A stretch of 64,000 nucleotides of DNA from Octopus sinensis (GCF_006345805.1 NC_043026.1:5828001-5892000), one strand, 5' to 3'. Positions 25,651 through 39,129 are shown, numbered from the stretch's first letter. Notes: generated by a model not told the origin, from the letters alone. Numbers and translations: made by a program.

Positions 25651-28241
25651 GAGGCCCTTGTGGGTAATAAAGAAATAAGGTAACGATCGCGCTCGAATGG
25701 TGCTTTTTACGTGCCACCGGCACGGGGGCCCATTCAGCGGCCCTAGCAACGATCACGCTCGGATGAAGTTCTTAGCGCTCCACTAGCACGGATTAAAATT
25801 TTTTTTTTCTCCCCTGTTCGATTTCTTTTCTTATTTTATATTTCCCCCCATTATATGTTTCATATTGTGTCTATATTGTGTAACCTCTATATTCAGCCCC
25901 TTGAGGGTAACAACAACAAAAATCGAGGTAGATAAACCTGTTACAAATAGTAACCAGCTCTCCCTATTGTGACGGGAACTTTCACATGGTAGCTAGACAT
26001 TAAATACAGCAGCCAAATCGTCCATAGATCACATCCTATTTGCCTTACGCATGTATATATATATATTTAGGAGCCGATGAGGGGGAGACCTCTACATGGT
26101 AGCAAGGACGGTTAAAAACAGAAACCAGAGCACTCTCAAATTACATCATACTGCCTTATGTATACGAGCAAGCTTTCTACAAGGTAGCTAGACATGTTAG
26201 AAACAGCAGCTAAATCTCTCAAATCTCGACCTATTGTCATATCGAGAGAGTGTGTGTGTGTGTATGTGTGCGTGTTTAGATAGACACGAACCAAAGTGAA
26301 ATTTGTACATGTTGGTTAGAGCTAGTAGAAATAGCAGCAAAATCTCTCCAAAATTACACTACAAGTCTTTAAAATAAGGAGGCATTTGGATAATAGTCTC
26401 AGATGTCCATAAAAACACGGGAAGGCCATGGTTAGATAGTCGATGATTAAACCTACTCGATCAAGGCTAAACGACAATACCATCTCAACAATTTGGGGAG
26501 ACCTCTACGTGGTTACACGGGCAGCTAGAAATAGTACCCAAATCTCGCTCCAACTACTGGCTCATTGGATAATGTAGTCATAAGTATACTATTCAGGGAA
26601 TAAGCGCGGTATGGCCATGAATGAAAGATTATCTGCCCCACCACAGTCCACCTGGATTTAAACAGTATCAGTTGTCGCCGCCAGTATTTTTCGCCCACTC
26701 CTTATTCCTGGGGCGTTGCCGTCCCGTAAAAGTGTGGTGTGTGTGCACATTAGTGCCTGTAATAATACGGCTTCGAATTTTAGGCACATAGCCAGCAAAT
26801 TCGGAGGATGTGACAAGTCGATTAGATCGACCCCAATGTTTAACTGGTACTTTTTTCGCCTGCCGCTATGTCCTGAGTTCAAATTCCGCCGAGGTCGACT
26901 TTGCCTTTCATCCTTTCGGGAGTCGATAAATTAAGTACCAGTTACGCACTGGGGTCGATGTAATCGACTTAATACCTATGTCTGTCCTTGTTTGTCCCCT
27001 CTATGTTTAGCCCCCTGTGGGTAATAAAGAAATAGGTATGTGTTTTAGCTGGCAGAACCGTTAGCACGCCGGGCGAAATGCGTAGCCGTATTTCGTCTGC
27101 CGTTACTTTCTGAGTTCAAATTCCGCCGAGGTCGACTTTGCCTTTCATCCTTTCGGGGTCAATAAATTAAGTACCAGTTACGCACTGGGGTCGATGTAAT
27201 CGACTTAATACCTATGTCTGTCCTTGTTTGTCCCCTCTGTGTTTAGCCCCCTGTGGGTAATAAAGAAACAGGTACTTATTTTATCGACCCTACCGCAAGG
27301 GCGAAAAGCAGTGTCGGTCGGTGTCGACCTCGGTGGAATTTGAAGTCAGACCGTTAAGACGGACGAAACGCCGAGCACGCACTTAGCTAGGCCGTGCTAA
27401 CGATTTTTGCCAGTTCGCCGCCTTCGAGTCTATGGGTTACTGTATTGGAAGGCCCAAAACAATAAACCCCCACAGCGTTTATTTAGGCTATACTCTTTAC
27501 TCTTTTACTTGTTTCAGTCATGTGACTGTGGCCATGCTAGTGCACCGCCTTTAGCCGAGCAAATCGACCACTACGACTTATTCTTTGTAAGCCTAGTACT
27601 TATTCTATCGGTCTCTTTTTGCCGAACCGCTAAGTTACGGGAACATAAACACAACAGCATCGGTTGTCAAGCGATGTTTTGGGCGGGGGACAAACAACAC
27701 ACACACACATATATATAGTACTTATTCTATCGGTCTCTTTTGCCGAACCGCTAGGTTACGGGGACATAAACACACCAGCATCGGTTGTCAAGCGATGTTT
27801 TGGGCGGGGGACAAACAACACGCACACACACATATATATTATATATATATATATTTATATTTATATATATACGACGGGCTTCTTTCAGTTTCCGTCTACC
27901 AAATCCACTCACAAGGCTTTGGTCGGCCAGAGGCTATAGTAGAAGACACTTGCTCAAGGTGCCACGCAGTGGGACTGAACTCGGAACCATGGGGTTCGTA
28001 AGCAAGCTACTTACCACACAGCTGCGAGTTCAAATCCCGCCGAGGTTAACGGAGTGACTCGCCAGTCACATATACACTGGTTGGTCACTCCGTTTAACAA
28101 TACAATAATCATCTCTCAGCTTCTCTCGCTCATCCCGCGCCAGTCTGTAGTCTACAACCAAACGAAGGAAGTGCGACGCCATAATTTGATCTGCTTAAAA
28201 TAGCAGCTAAACACCTCTCCTTGAAATCACACACCATCTTC

Positions 28242-28647
28242 GGATCTTTTCGGTTTGAATGGCAGTTTTTTCAAGCGGTGTCATATGAAATTGTCACCCA
28301 TAATTATGACCCTAGTATCGATCTATTGCATTTCAATCTGTTTTAGGGGTAGAGTTAGGGGTGGGGGGAAGGGTATCTTTTTTTCTTCACAAATGTAAAT
28401 AAACCCAGTCTGTTTCTTAAACGAGGGACATATTCATACGGCACAGAACGTTTTCATCTCAATAGACGTCATTGATTGGTTGAAATTGAAGAAAAAAAAC
28501 AAATATCTTACAAACTATAGAATTTTCTCAATAAAACCAAGAGAAAAAGATGTTTTATAAACACATTCTACCAGTATACGAAGTTTAAAAGTGTTTAGTT
28601 ACGTGGAAATTATTTTTAAAAAACTGCCGGTCAAACCGAAAAGAGCC
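28242..28647. mobile_element. MITE, GGATC-terminus family, 8-bp TSD
   Basis: CCATCTTC|GGATCTTTTCGG...CCGAAAAGAGCC|CCATTTTC (one TSD mismatch). Confidence 0.85.
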
Positions 28648-31451
28648 CCATTTTCTAAAAACAATGAAATATGGAGTGGTTATAGCGGGGGCTAAACAAG
28701 AATGGACTACGTCTTTATAAATGACGGGATGGACAACGTCTTTATAGATGACGGGATGGACACGATTGGTGGTTACAGGTCTATTTGACTCGAGATTAAG
28801 CAACGAGGAATGACACAACATATGACGTAGGCTGTGTGGTAAGAAGCTTGCTTCCGATTCAGATGGCTCCGGGTTCAGTCCCATTGCATTTATACCTTGA
28901 GCAAGTGTCTACTATACACCTTGGGCAAACTAAAGCCTCGTCAGTGGATTTGATGGAAGGAAACCGAACGAAACCTATCGCGCGCGTGTGTGCTTGTCCC
29001 CTACCACCGCTTAACCGGTGTTGGTGTGTTTATGTCCCTGTAACTTAGCGGTTCGGGAAAGGGCACCGTCAGAATAAGTAGCAGGCTTATAAAATAAAAC
29101 AAGTCGATTCCTTTGACTACAAATTTTTAAAGACGGTGCCCCAGCATGGCCGCAGTCTAATAACTGAATCTTAAATCCTTTAACTGATGGTGATAGGGGG
29201 ATGTCCCCCCCTCCCCAAAAAACCCCCCGGATTTTTTGGGAGGGGGATGCCCCCCCCCCAAAAAAACCCCCGGATTTTGGATCATTCTCAGATATTAAAA
29301 AGGTTGAAAACCACATTAGATAATGACTACATCTGATTAGGAGACGGGATGGTCACAGCTGGAACGCCTTCAACCACAAATCTATCCACTTGATCGTAGC
29401 TGAAGTGGAGGTGGGCGGAAGAGCGGATGGAGGTGGGGGGGGAAACGTGAATTTGGGCGGGGGCGGGTGGGTGGGTGGGGACTAAATTATACAACAACGT
29501 GTCCCCCTTATGAATGTGAGGGTGACCCTGCAAAAAAGCATAGGGGCCACTCGCAGGTCCGAGAGGCGGGTTTAACCAAACTTTAAATCGCAATGGCGTT
29601 CCTAGTCTGGCATTAGCAACTAGCAACAACACAAGGAAACCCATCACATAGCTGGTTGACATTCAACTACACAGAAAAATGTATGTGAAAAAGCACAAAC
29701 ATAAATCCAGTAACTTGGTTTCCGGTGTAAGCCGATATGTATAAAACGAGCAATGAATACAGCCGTTTCTAAAACGGGCAGGAGGCAAGATTTGTTATTG
29801 CTCTTTTTGCAGGGTAGGAGAAACGGAGGAATCAAATTAATTATACTTGTGTGGCATATAAGTAAGCAGGGCAGTTGTCCGCGAGGGACCTCGGGGGGTT
29901 TTATCGGCCCAATTATAATTTATACATGTTGTAGTTTTGCTATGTGATTCTGTGTTAAGATGTCTGCTTCAAAACCACATGGTTCTGGGTTCAGTCCCAC
30001 TGCGTGGAACCTTGGGCAAGGGCCTACTACAGCTTCGAGCCGACCAAAGCCTTGAAAGATGATTTGGTAGACGGAAACTGAAAGAAGCCCGTGTCGAGTT
30101 TTGCTATGTGATTCTGTGTTAAGAAGTCTGCTTCAAAACCACATGGTCCCGGGTTCAGTCCCACTGCGTGGCACCTTGGGCAAGGGCCTTCTACTAACTA
30201 CAGCTTCGAGCCGACCAAAGTCTTGAAAGTTGATTTGGTAGACCAAAACTGAAAGAAGCCCGTCGTGTGTGTGTGTGTCTCACCACCGCTTGAGTTGGTG
30301 TGTCTCACGTAACTTAGCGGTTCGGCAAAAGACACCGATAGAGCAAGTTCCACACTTAAAAAGAAAACCAATACGGGGATCGATTTTTTCAACTAAAATT
30401 CGAGGCAGTGCCCCAGCGTGGGCGCAGACTAATAACAAACACTATAAATGATATAAGAAATAAATAAATAAATACTATAGGACCAAGAACAGATTTGTCC
30501 CTCGGGGTGGGGGATAATGTAATTAAGACGGCTTTAACTGACCCCGGAAGGATTAAAAGCAAATCTGACCTCGACAGGACTTGAACTCAAAACTTCAAAA
30601 AGGGGGCCACTGTCCCAAAGCGGTTCAAGGGTCGCACATTTGTTTGGGGGAACACATCGTCACTTACATTTGATTTCAGAATTTAACAAGTACTCTTTGT
30701 TTTTGTTTTGTCTTTTGGGGTTTTTTTTTTTTTTGAGGGGTGGTGGTTATCGATCCCGGAATGAATGAAAGATTAAAGTTTGTCCTCGGTAAGGATTTGA
30801 ACCCGGAACGTTAAAGAAAGAGGCGTCACCACGTATCACAAGATATTCAGTCTCCCCACCACCTCTTCACTCTACTTTTTCTGCGAATCCACCGATTTTC
30901 TAAAAATAAGAATGATGCATAGACCAATGCGAACACAGACATCCGTAGGTGGATATGCCCTGCATGCATATATATATATATATATATATATACACACGCG
31001 TACACGTTTGTACCAAAGTATTTCCTGGTTAGAGCCAACGGATAATGTAATCACGTTTGAATTTGTGTATGTATATTATATGCCTTTCTTTTATATGTCA
31101 ATGTTCTTTTGTGTCTAGACGTGTGGGTCAATATGTCTATAGACAGACAGACAGAGATATAGATAGATATAGACAGATAGATAGATACAGATAGATAGAT
31201 AGATAGATAGATAGATATAGGCAGGTAGATAGATATAGATAGATATAGGTAGATAGATATAGGCAGATAGATGGTGTAAGGAAATGAATCTTTAATTTCA
31301 TTGAAATAAGCTCTACATTAGGTATTGAGTGCTCATTTGTTCCGTCTGTAAACATGCACGCATACGTATATGAATGATTAAAGAAAAATTTACTATATAT
31401 GAATATAAGGTTGATCACAAAGGGTACTAGATACACGTGTGTGTACGTATG

Positions 31452-31503
<52 letters not shown>

Positions 31504-31747
31504 CCATTAGAGAAAATACGTTGTTACTGGGTGACAATTGAAAACCGGAAGTCGTATGTTTTCATTTTTTCCGAAACTGCCGAGCAAGGATATTTTGCCT
31601 GACGAGCGCAAAAATTAATAAATTAATCATGAAACTCGGAGTTACGATGTATTGCTATAATAGACTATATCATATTTATAAAACAGGCATATGTGAGTGT
31701 CTATGTATGTATGTACATATATACATAACATACATACATACATACAT

Positions 31748-31858
<111 letters not shown>

Positions 31859-32540
31859 TCTATATGAAATGATATATAAGATTTCGATGGTTAGATACGT
31901 TTTTGTATAGGCATGTATACGTAGAATGTGTATTATACATACATTATTTCGGTGTGTGTATGTGTGTCACTGTGTTCTATATATACGAAATATACTGCAT
32001 ACAACTGCATGTGCGCTCCTAAAAATGTGTTTTAATGAGAGCGTGTATATATATATTCTAGAATTACATACATTCCAAAAACTGACTGGCAGAGGGGGGG
32101 GGAGAGAACAAGCGAAGTATGGTGAAATCCTACATAAGCATTAACACGCATATATATATATATATATACATACGTACAATATACATATAGATATATTTAC
32201 ACACAAAAACACAATTTATATAAGTCATATTAAACGAATGTTATAACATCGTGCGTATTCACAGAGAGGGGAGGGAGGAATCTATGCGGTCTTTCGACTT
32301 GCTAGAAATGACAGCCAAATCGCCTTCAAACCCTACTATTCTAGCTGAAAGGAGACATCAGATATGTAGTCCTCCTTAACAGATGATGGCCAAGGTTGTA
32401 ACGCCTTAAGATGATGCCTCTCATCAACCAGTGCCGACCTGGTACTAAACAGTGATATGATATATAATATATATATATATACATACATACATGTAATGGT
32501 GTGTAACATGTTATCACCATACGTATGTATGGTATACGCC

Positions 32541-32576
<36 letters not shown>

Positions 32577-32744
32577 TATCATACATCTTATGTGTTAATA
32601 CACCACACGACGCCTCGATATCTATACACACACATATATGGGTGGGGTATGTCAGACATAGATGCCTATATATATATAAATGTGTGTGTACACATAACTC
32701 AAGTGCCTAAAAGTGTGTGCGCACACATACACATATATATATAT

Positions 32745-32912
32745 ATGTTTTTCTGTGTTTTTTTTCTCTCTGTGTATCTTTCTGTTGAAGAGCGTAGGCT
32801 CGAAACGTTAAAGACTTGTTTTATTTATATTTCCTGAGCGCCATACTAATACAATTGTTCGTTTGTTTTCCACCTGCCTTCGTCTTTTGTTTATTTTCAT
32901 AAAGCTTCCCGT
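32745..32912 (+). mobile_element. Short Penelope-pLTR-like repeat carrying a variant hammerhead motif, between (TA)n tracts
   Basis: Homologous to 38135-38318; motif TCTTT-CTGTTGAA-GAGC-GTAG-GCTC-GAAAC-GTT-AAAGA at 32777-32814. Confidence 0.55.
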
Positions 32913-33589
32913 TATATATATATATATATATATATATAAAGACCGTATATTATGTCTGCACATATATAAAACCTTATAACTGTATATATAACACATTGGT
33001 ATATAGCATACGAACCTATATTCTTACAGACCATACATATACGCCGATACATTAGACAAGAAATTTGTAAATCATTTTATAATATAATATATATATACAC
33101 ACACACGCATCTCTCATATATATATATATGACACACCTATGTCTACATACATATATGCCCATAAAAATACATCCACAACACACATTCATATATTTACATT
33201 CCCACATATATCCCACACCTATGACGCATCTAATCTACATACGCACACATTTTATACACGCAATTCTACACATCAAGTTGTCTACAACAATAACGATAGC
33301 AACACATATTATATACACACCATAATAACTAACTTTTGCAGCAGCTACTGTTACAAGTAATAATTCTATGTTAATATACACATATGTACACATACACACA
33401 CTAATATATGTATGTATATATACTTCGAAAACCATATATTATAGCTATGTGGCGTAAAATATAGCTGTATAAATACGACACATATACATATATGTATTTA
33501 TAGTACATCTCATCGATAAGTACTGTACATCACACATACCTACATATAATATATATACACATGCATCCAGCCATGCCACACACATACAT

Positions 33590-34660
33590 AGATATACCAC
33601 ACAACTATGCATACATACACACATATATATCATAGAGCTATACATACATACACACACATATATCATAGAGCTATACATACACACACATATATCATAGAGC
33701 TATACATACATACACACACATATATCATAGAGCTATACATACATACACACACATATATCATAGAGCTATACATACACACACATATATCATAGAGCTATAC
33801 ATACATACACATATACCACACAGCTATATATACACACACATCTACCACACAGCTATACATACACACATCTACCACACAGCTATACACACACATACACCAG
33901 ACAGCTATACATACACACACATATACCACACAGCTATACACACACACATACACCAGACAGCTATACATACACACACATATACCACACAGCTATACATACA
34001 CACACATATACAACAGCCATACATACACACAAATATACCACAGCTATACATACACACACATATACAACAGCCATACATACACACAAATATACCACAGCTA
34101 TACATACACACACATATACCTATTTCTTTACTACCCACAAGGGTATACATACACACACATATACCACACAACTATATACACACACACACATATACCACAC
34201 AGCCATACACACACATCTACCACACAGCTATACATACACACACACATATACCACACAGCTACACACACACACACACCACATCTATACACACACATACACC
34301 TATACATACACACACACATATACCACACAGCTATACACACACATACACCTATACATACACACACATATACCACACAGCTATACATGCACACACATATACC
34401 ACACGACTATACACATACACACACAAACCACACAGCTATGCACACACATCTACCACACAGCTACACATACACACACAAATACCACACAGCTACACACGCA
34501 CACACATATACCACACAGCTATACATACACACACACATATACCACACATCTATACATACACACACACATCTACCACACAGCTATACATACACACACATAT
34601 ACCACAGCCATACACACACACACATACACCACACAGCTATACACAGCTATACATACACAC
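33590..34660. repeat. Degenerate ~25-31-bp CA-rich minisatellite in Rab10 intron 1
   Basis: Units like ATACATACACACACATATACCACACAGCT and TATCATAGAGCTATACATAC; a family-B tail fragment sits at ~34120-34143. Confidence 0.85.
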
Positions 34661-35008
34661 AGATAGCTAGATAGATAGACAGACAGACAGACAGATATAC
34701 CACACACCTATACATAGCCATATATATACCAATAGACATATACATAGACACACACCACACACCTATACACATATAACCAGACATCATACATACACACAGC
34801 ACATTAACACGTAATACACACACACACATACATACATACACAATCCAACATACACACACACACACATATATATATACACACACATACATACACCCTTACA
34901 TAATAGACACACATTATATATGAGTGTAATAATAATAATAATACTGGTAGTATTAGTAATGCTAACAATAACAAGCGAAATTTAGTGGATAATAGCGAGT
35001 CTGCTCAC

Positions 35009-35135
35009 CTATTGTCGATATAAAGGTTGTATTGAAGGCATCGTCTGAAAATCTGAATAAAAGACAAGTTTTGCCAACACCAGAATCACCGATTAAAAGC
35101 AGTTTGAACAACAGATCGTACGACTTCTTCGCCAT
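35009..35135 (-). CDS. Rab10: Rab10-type small GTPase, first coding exon (127 bp, phase-1 donor)
   Basis: ATG at 35135; [43 protein letters not shown] then AG|GTGAGC. Contains the G1 P-loop GDSGVGKT; the N-terminal MAKK.YDLLF and FSDDAFNTT fit Rab10 better than Rab8 (MAKTYDYLF, FSEDAFNST). Confidence 0.95.
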
Positions 35136-35260
35136 CTTTCACACACACTGAACAAAATGGCGTCGACGTTGGAGTGGAAGTTGGAGTTAGAGTGGGAGTT
35201 GGAGATGAGGTTGAGGTTGAGGTTTAATGAGCGGTGAGAGACAGACAGATGGATAAATAG
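35136..35260 (-). promoter_or_regulatory. Rab10 5'UTR / TSS-proximal region with two YY1-like motifs
   Basis: AAAGATGGCG over the start codon (minus strand) and CAAAATGGCG near 35155 (plus strand); locally CpG-rich, pyrimidine-rich on the sense strand. TSS position is inferred. Confidence 0.5.
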
Positions 35261-35268
35261 AATTAGGT

Positions 35269-35299
<31 letters not shown>

Positions 35300-35439
35300 C
35301 AGGCTGGGTGAGAGTGAAGGAGAAAAAGAGAAATAAAGAGAGAGAGAGAGAGAGAGAGGAGGAAGTGTGAGGAGTGAGAGTGGGAGTGAAAGAGAAAAGG
35401 AGAAAGAAAGAAAGAGAGACAGAGAGAGAGGGGAGAAAG

Positions 35440-36125
35440 TGTGAGTGTGTTTTTTTATAGGAAGTGGTGTGAGGCGTGGACGGAGAAGGGTAGAGATTTA
35501 ATGGAAGGAGCAGCCGAGAGCGACAGACAGACAGATAGCGAGAGCTGTAAGAGTGAAAGAGAAAAAGAGAAAGAAAGAGAGATAGGGAAGGAAGTGTGAG
35601 TGTGTTTTTATAGGAAGTGGTGTGAGGCGTGGACGGAGAAGGGTAGAAATTTAATGGAAGGAGCAGCAGAGAGCGACAGACAGATAGGGAGCGAGAGAGA
35701 GAAAGACAGACAGATAAGGAGCGAGAGAGAGAAAGACAGATAGATAGAGAGAAAGAAGGGACGGAGTGGGAGAGCTGAGAGAGTGAAAGAGAAAAAGAGA
35801 AAGAAAGAAAGAGAGAGAGAGGAGAAAGTGTGAGTGTGTTTTATAGGAAGTGGTGTGAGGCGTGGACGGAGAAGGGTAGAAATTTAATGGAAGGAGCAGC
35901 AGAGAGCGACAGACAGATAGAGTGCGAGAGAGAGAGAAAGACAGGGCCGGAGAGGAAGAGCTGTGAGACTGAGGGTGAAAGAGAAAGAAAGAAAGTGAGA
36001 GAAGAGACGAGGAAGTGGTGTGAGGCGTGGACGGAGAAGGGTAGAGATTTAATTGAAGGAGCAGCGGAGAGCGACAGACAGATAGGGAGCGAGAGAGAGA
36101 GAAAGACAGGGCCGGAGCGGGAGAG
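35440..36125. repeat. Four dispersed-tandem purine-rich modules upstream of Rab10
   Basis: GGAAGTGGTGTGAGGCGTGGACGGAGAAGGGTAG starting at 35460, 35613, 35846 and 36011, separated by variable GA repeats. Confidence 0.85.
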
Positions 36126-36859
36126 CTGTATCTTTATCGAGGAGTGGTGAGAGGAGAAAAGACTAACAGGGAAGAGAGTGGAGTCTAACGAAGGAGCAAT
36201 AGAGAGAGAGAGGGAGAAATAGAGTGAGAAGGAGAGACAGACATGGCTAATTGTATGTGCTTATAAGTGTATTTGTGCGCGCGCGTATGCATATATATAT
36301 ATAAAGATATATATGTATATATATTAGTATAGGGAGTGGTGTGAAGGCTGAAGCCACGGGGCTGCTGGTAGGCCGACGTCGTTCAACGTGAAGAGGTGAG
36401 CGATAGATAGATAGATAGAGGTGTATGTGTATTTATAGGGAATAATGAGACGAGTGGAGTCTGATGCGAGAGGGTTGAAGTTTAATGAAAGAGTGAGGGA
36501 GAAAGTGAGAGAAAGATCTAATTGTGTGTGTGTGTAATATAAGGAGTGGTGTAAGGACAGACGGCGGGGTTTGCTCGCAAGTCGACGTCGCTTGACGTAA
36601 TGAGGTGAGCTATAGATAGATAGATAAATAAATAGACTGAGAGAGAGAAATAGGGGAAAAGGGATGTGAGTGTGTGTGTCTGCGGGGATAAGTGAGAGGA
36701 GTGGAGACTGGGAGAGGAACGAGGGGGGGGGGGAAAGTGAGTTAGTTACATGTTAATAGAGAGTGGTGTGATGAGTGAAAGTACAAGCTCGTTGAGTAAG
36801 GGAGGGGAGGCCGACGTCATTGACGTGAAGTGGTGAGCTATGCATAGGTAGACATAGAC

Positions 36860-36875
36860 AGACAGACAGAGAGAC

Positions 36876-36929
<54 letters not shown>

Positions 36930-36946
36930 GTAGATAGATAGATAGG

Positions 36947-36977
<31 letters not shown>

Positions 36978-36991
36978 GTAGATAGATAGAC

Positions 36992-37034
<43 letters not shown>

Positions 37035-37289
37035 CAGATAGATAGATAGGTAGACAGCGTGAAGTGGTGAGCTATGCATAGGTAGATAGACATAGAGACA
37101 GACAGAGAGACATATAGATAGATAGATAGATAGATAGGTAGACAGATAGATAGATAGATAGACAGAGAGATAGATAGATAGACAGACAGATAGATAGATA
37201 GATAGATAGATAGACAGACAGATAGATAGATAGACAGACAGACAGATAGACAGACAGACAGAGACAGACAACCAGACAGACAGACAGAC

Positions 37290-37345
<56 letters not shown>
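36860..37345. repeat. (GATA)n/(GACA)n array
   Basis: Direct reading; similar arrays at 31140-31270, 44275-44400 and 63830-64000. Confidence 0.95.
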
Positions 37346-37354
<9 letters not shown>

Positions 37355-37771
37355 TTACATACTTAAAGGGAGCGGTGTGAGTAGCGGATAGAAGGATGAC
37401 GTTTAATATAGATCTACAGAGAGCCAGAGCAAGGGTGTACGGATGTCTAAAGGAGAGTGAGGAGTGGAGACTGACGTTGTTCGTGATGGGTTGACGTCGA
37501 TGACGTAAAATAGGGGGAGCATAAAGAGAGACAGAGAGGGGGATGTATGCGTGTGCGTGTTTATTCAGAGGGGCAGTGTGAGGAGTGGAAATTGACGTTT
37601 TATGAGAGAGAGTTGACGTCGTTGGAGTTTAGCTAGACGGAAGGGGTGAGAGTCAGCGTGGTATCTATGTGTGTTAACGGGAAATGACGTGAGGATTGGA
37701 GAGTTGTCACTAGCTGTATACGATAGACATCGTTGAAGTGGAGCTATAAAAAGTACATGCATCCCACACTA

Positions 37772-37820
<49 letters not shown>

Positions 37821-37825
37821 GTATA

Positions 37826-38036
37826 TATATAGTTAGTTAATCCAAACAAGAAAACAAAAATAACAACGCAAGGACGTGGAACAAATAAAGTATTATTGGA
37901 CGCTCAGGAAAGAAGGGAAGAAGGAGGGTTTGACGTTTCGAGCAGAGCTCTTCGTCGGAAACATAGGAGAAGGAAAGATCCCGAGAAGGGAAGACAGGGG
38001 GAAAAAAATCGCTAGTGATACAGACGAGGTCACATA
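37826..38036 (-). mobile_element. Penelope-pLTR-like repeat with variant hammerhead motif
   Basis: Minus strand GTTT-CCGACGAA-GAGC-TCT-GCTC-GAAAC-GTC-AAAC at 37962-37928, then TCCTGAGCG as in the 32745 and 38135 elements. Confidence 0.55.
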
Positions 38037-38037
38037 C

Positions 38038-38076
<39 letters not shown>

Positions 38077-38095
38077 TATATAATATAATATTATA

Positions 38096-38133
<38 letters not shown>

Positions 38134-38134
38134 G

Positions 38135-38318
38135 ATAGATCGTTAGCCACTACACATTTTTTTCACTCCTTGTTTTTTCTGTGTCCCTTTCTGTAGAAGA
38201 GCGTAGGCTCGAAACGTAAAAGACTTTTTCTATTCCTGAGCGTTATACTAATACATCTGTTTGTTTGTGCACCACCTGTCTTCGTCTTTTGTTGTTTTTT
38301 CTCCGTAAACTCTCCCTA
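38135..38318 (+). mobile_element. Second copy of the 32745 pLTR-like repeat
   Basis: CTTT-CTGTAGAA-GAGC-GTAG-GCTC-GAAAC-GTA-AAAG at 38187-38222. Confidence 0.55.
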
Positions 38319-38331
38319 TATATTATAATAT

Positions 38332-38394
<63 letters not shown>

Positions 38395-38405
38395 CATACA
38401 TACAT

Positions 38406-38781
38406 TCTTTATATAAAAGTAAGGTGTGTGTCTGTCTCCTACGATTTAGATTCCTAACTACTCCACATTTGCGGTGCAGTTTAACCAAAACCGGGTATCT
38501 TTAGTCGTGATTCATATCGAGCCCTTCTGGGTATTAGCGCGCGTCTACGATGAGTCTACGATTTAAAAAATAATTTACCATCATTTTTTTCCATTTTAAT
38601 GCATATTTTTTTAATATAAGGGAAGTAACTCTCTAAAAATGTCTACGATGAGTCAACGATTTAAAAAAAATTTACCATCATATTTTTTCCATTTTAAATG
38701 CATTTTTTTTGCTATAGACTCTCTAAAACTGCTTTTAGTTATTTCCCTTACAAACCCGAGCAACGCTGGGCGATACTGCTA

Positions 38782-38782
<1 letters not shown>
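38406..38782 (+). mobile_element. Non-autonomous Helitron, family H1
   Basis: 5' TC, subterminal hairpin CCCGAGCAACGCTGGG, 3' CTAG followed by T. Confidence 0.8.
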
Positions 38783-38835
<53 letters not shown>

Positions 38836-39032
38836 AGAGGAAAAAATCTATCAGAAAGGAACTCTAATCTCTCTTTAAAAATATATTTTGATAAGCATAA
38901 CAAATGCGCAACCGGTAAAAAGAACTTCACCTAATTAAATTACTTAAATTACTTAATATTTTGTCAGCATTTTCTTCATTTCCTTTTTTATCTATCACAA
39001 CTCGTGTTCCACATCTCCTTTTTTAAATATAT

Positions 39033-39129
<97 letters not shown>

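Noticed and set aside
35157-35237. Plus-strand ATG in YY1 context with a possible CG|GTGAGA donor (MASTLEWKLE...)
   Set aside because: Low-complexity peptide, antisense to the likely Rab10 5'UTR, and no downstream plus-strand exon found
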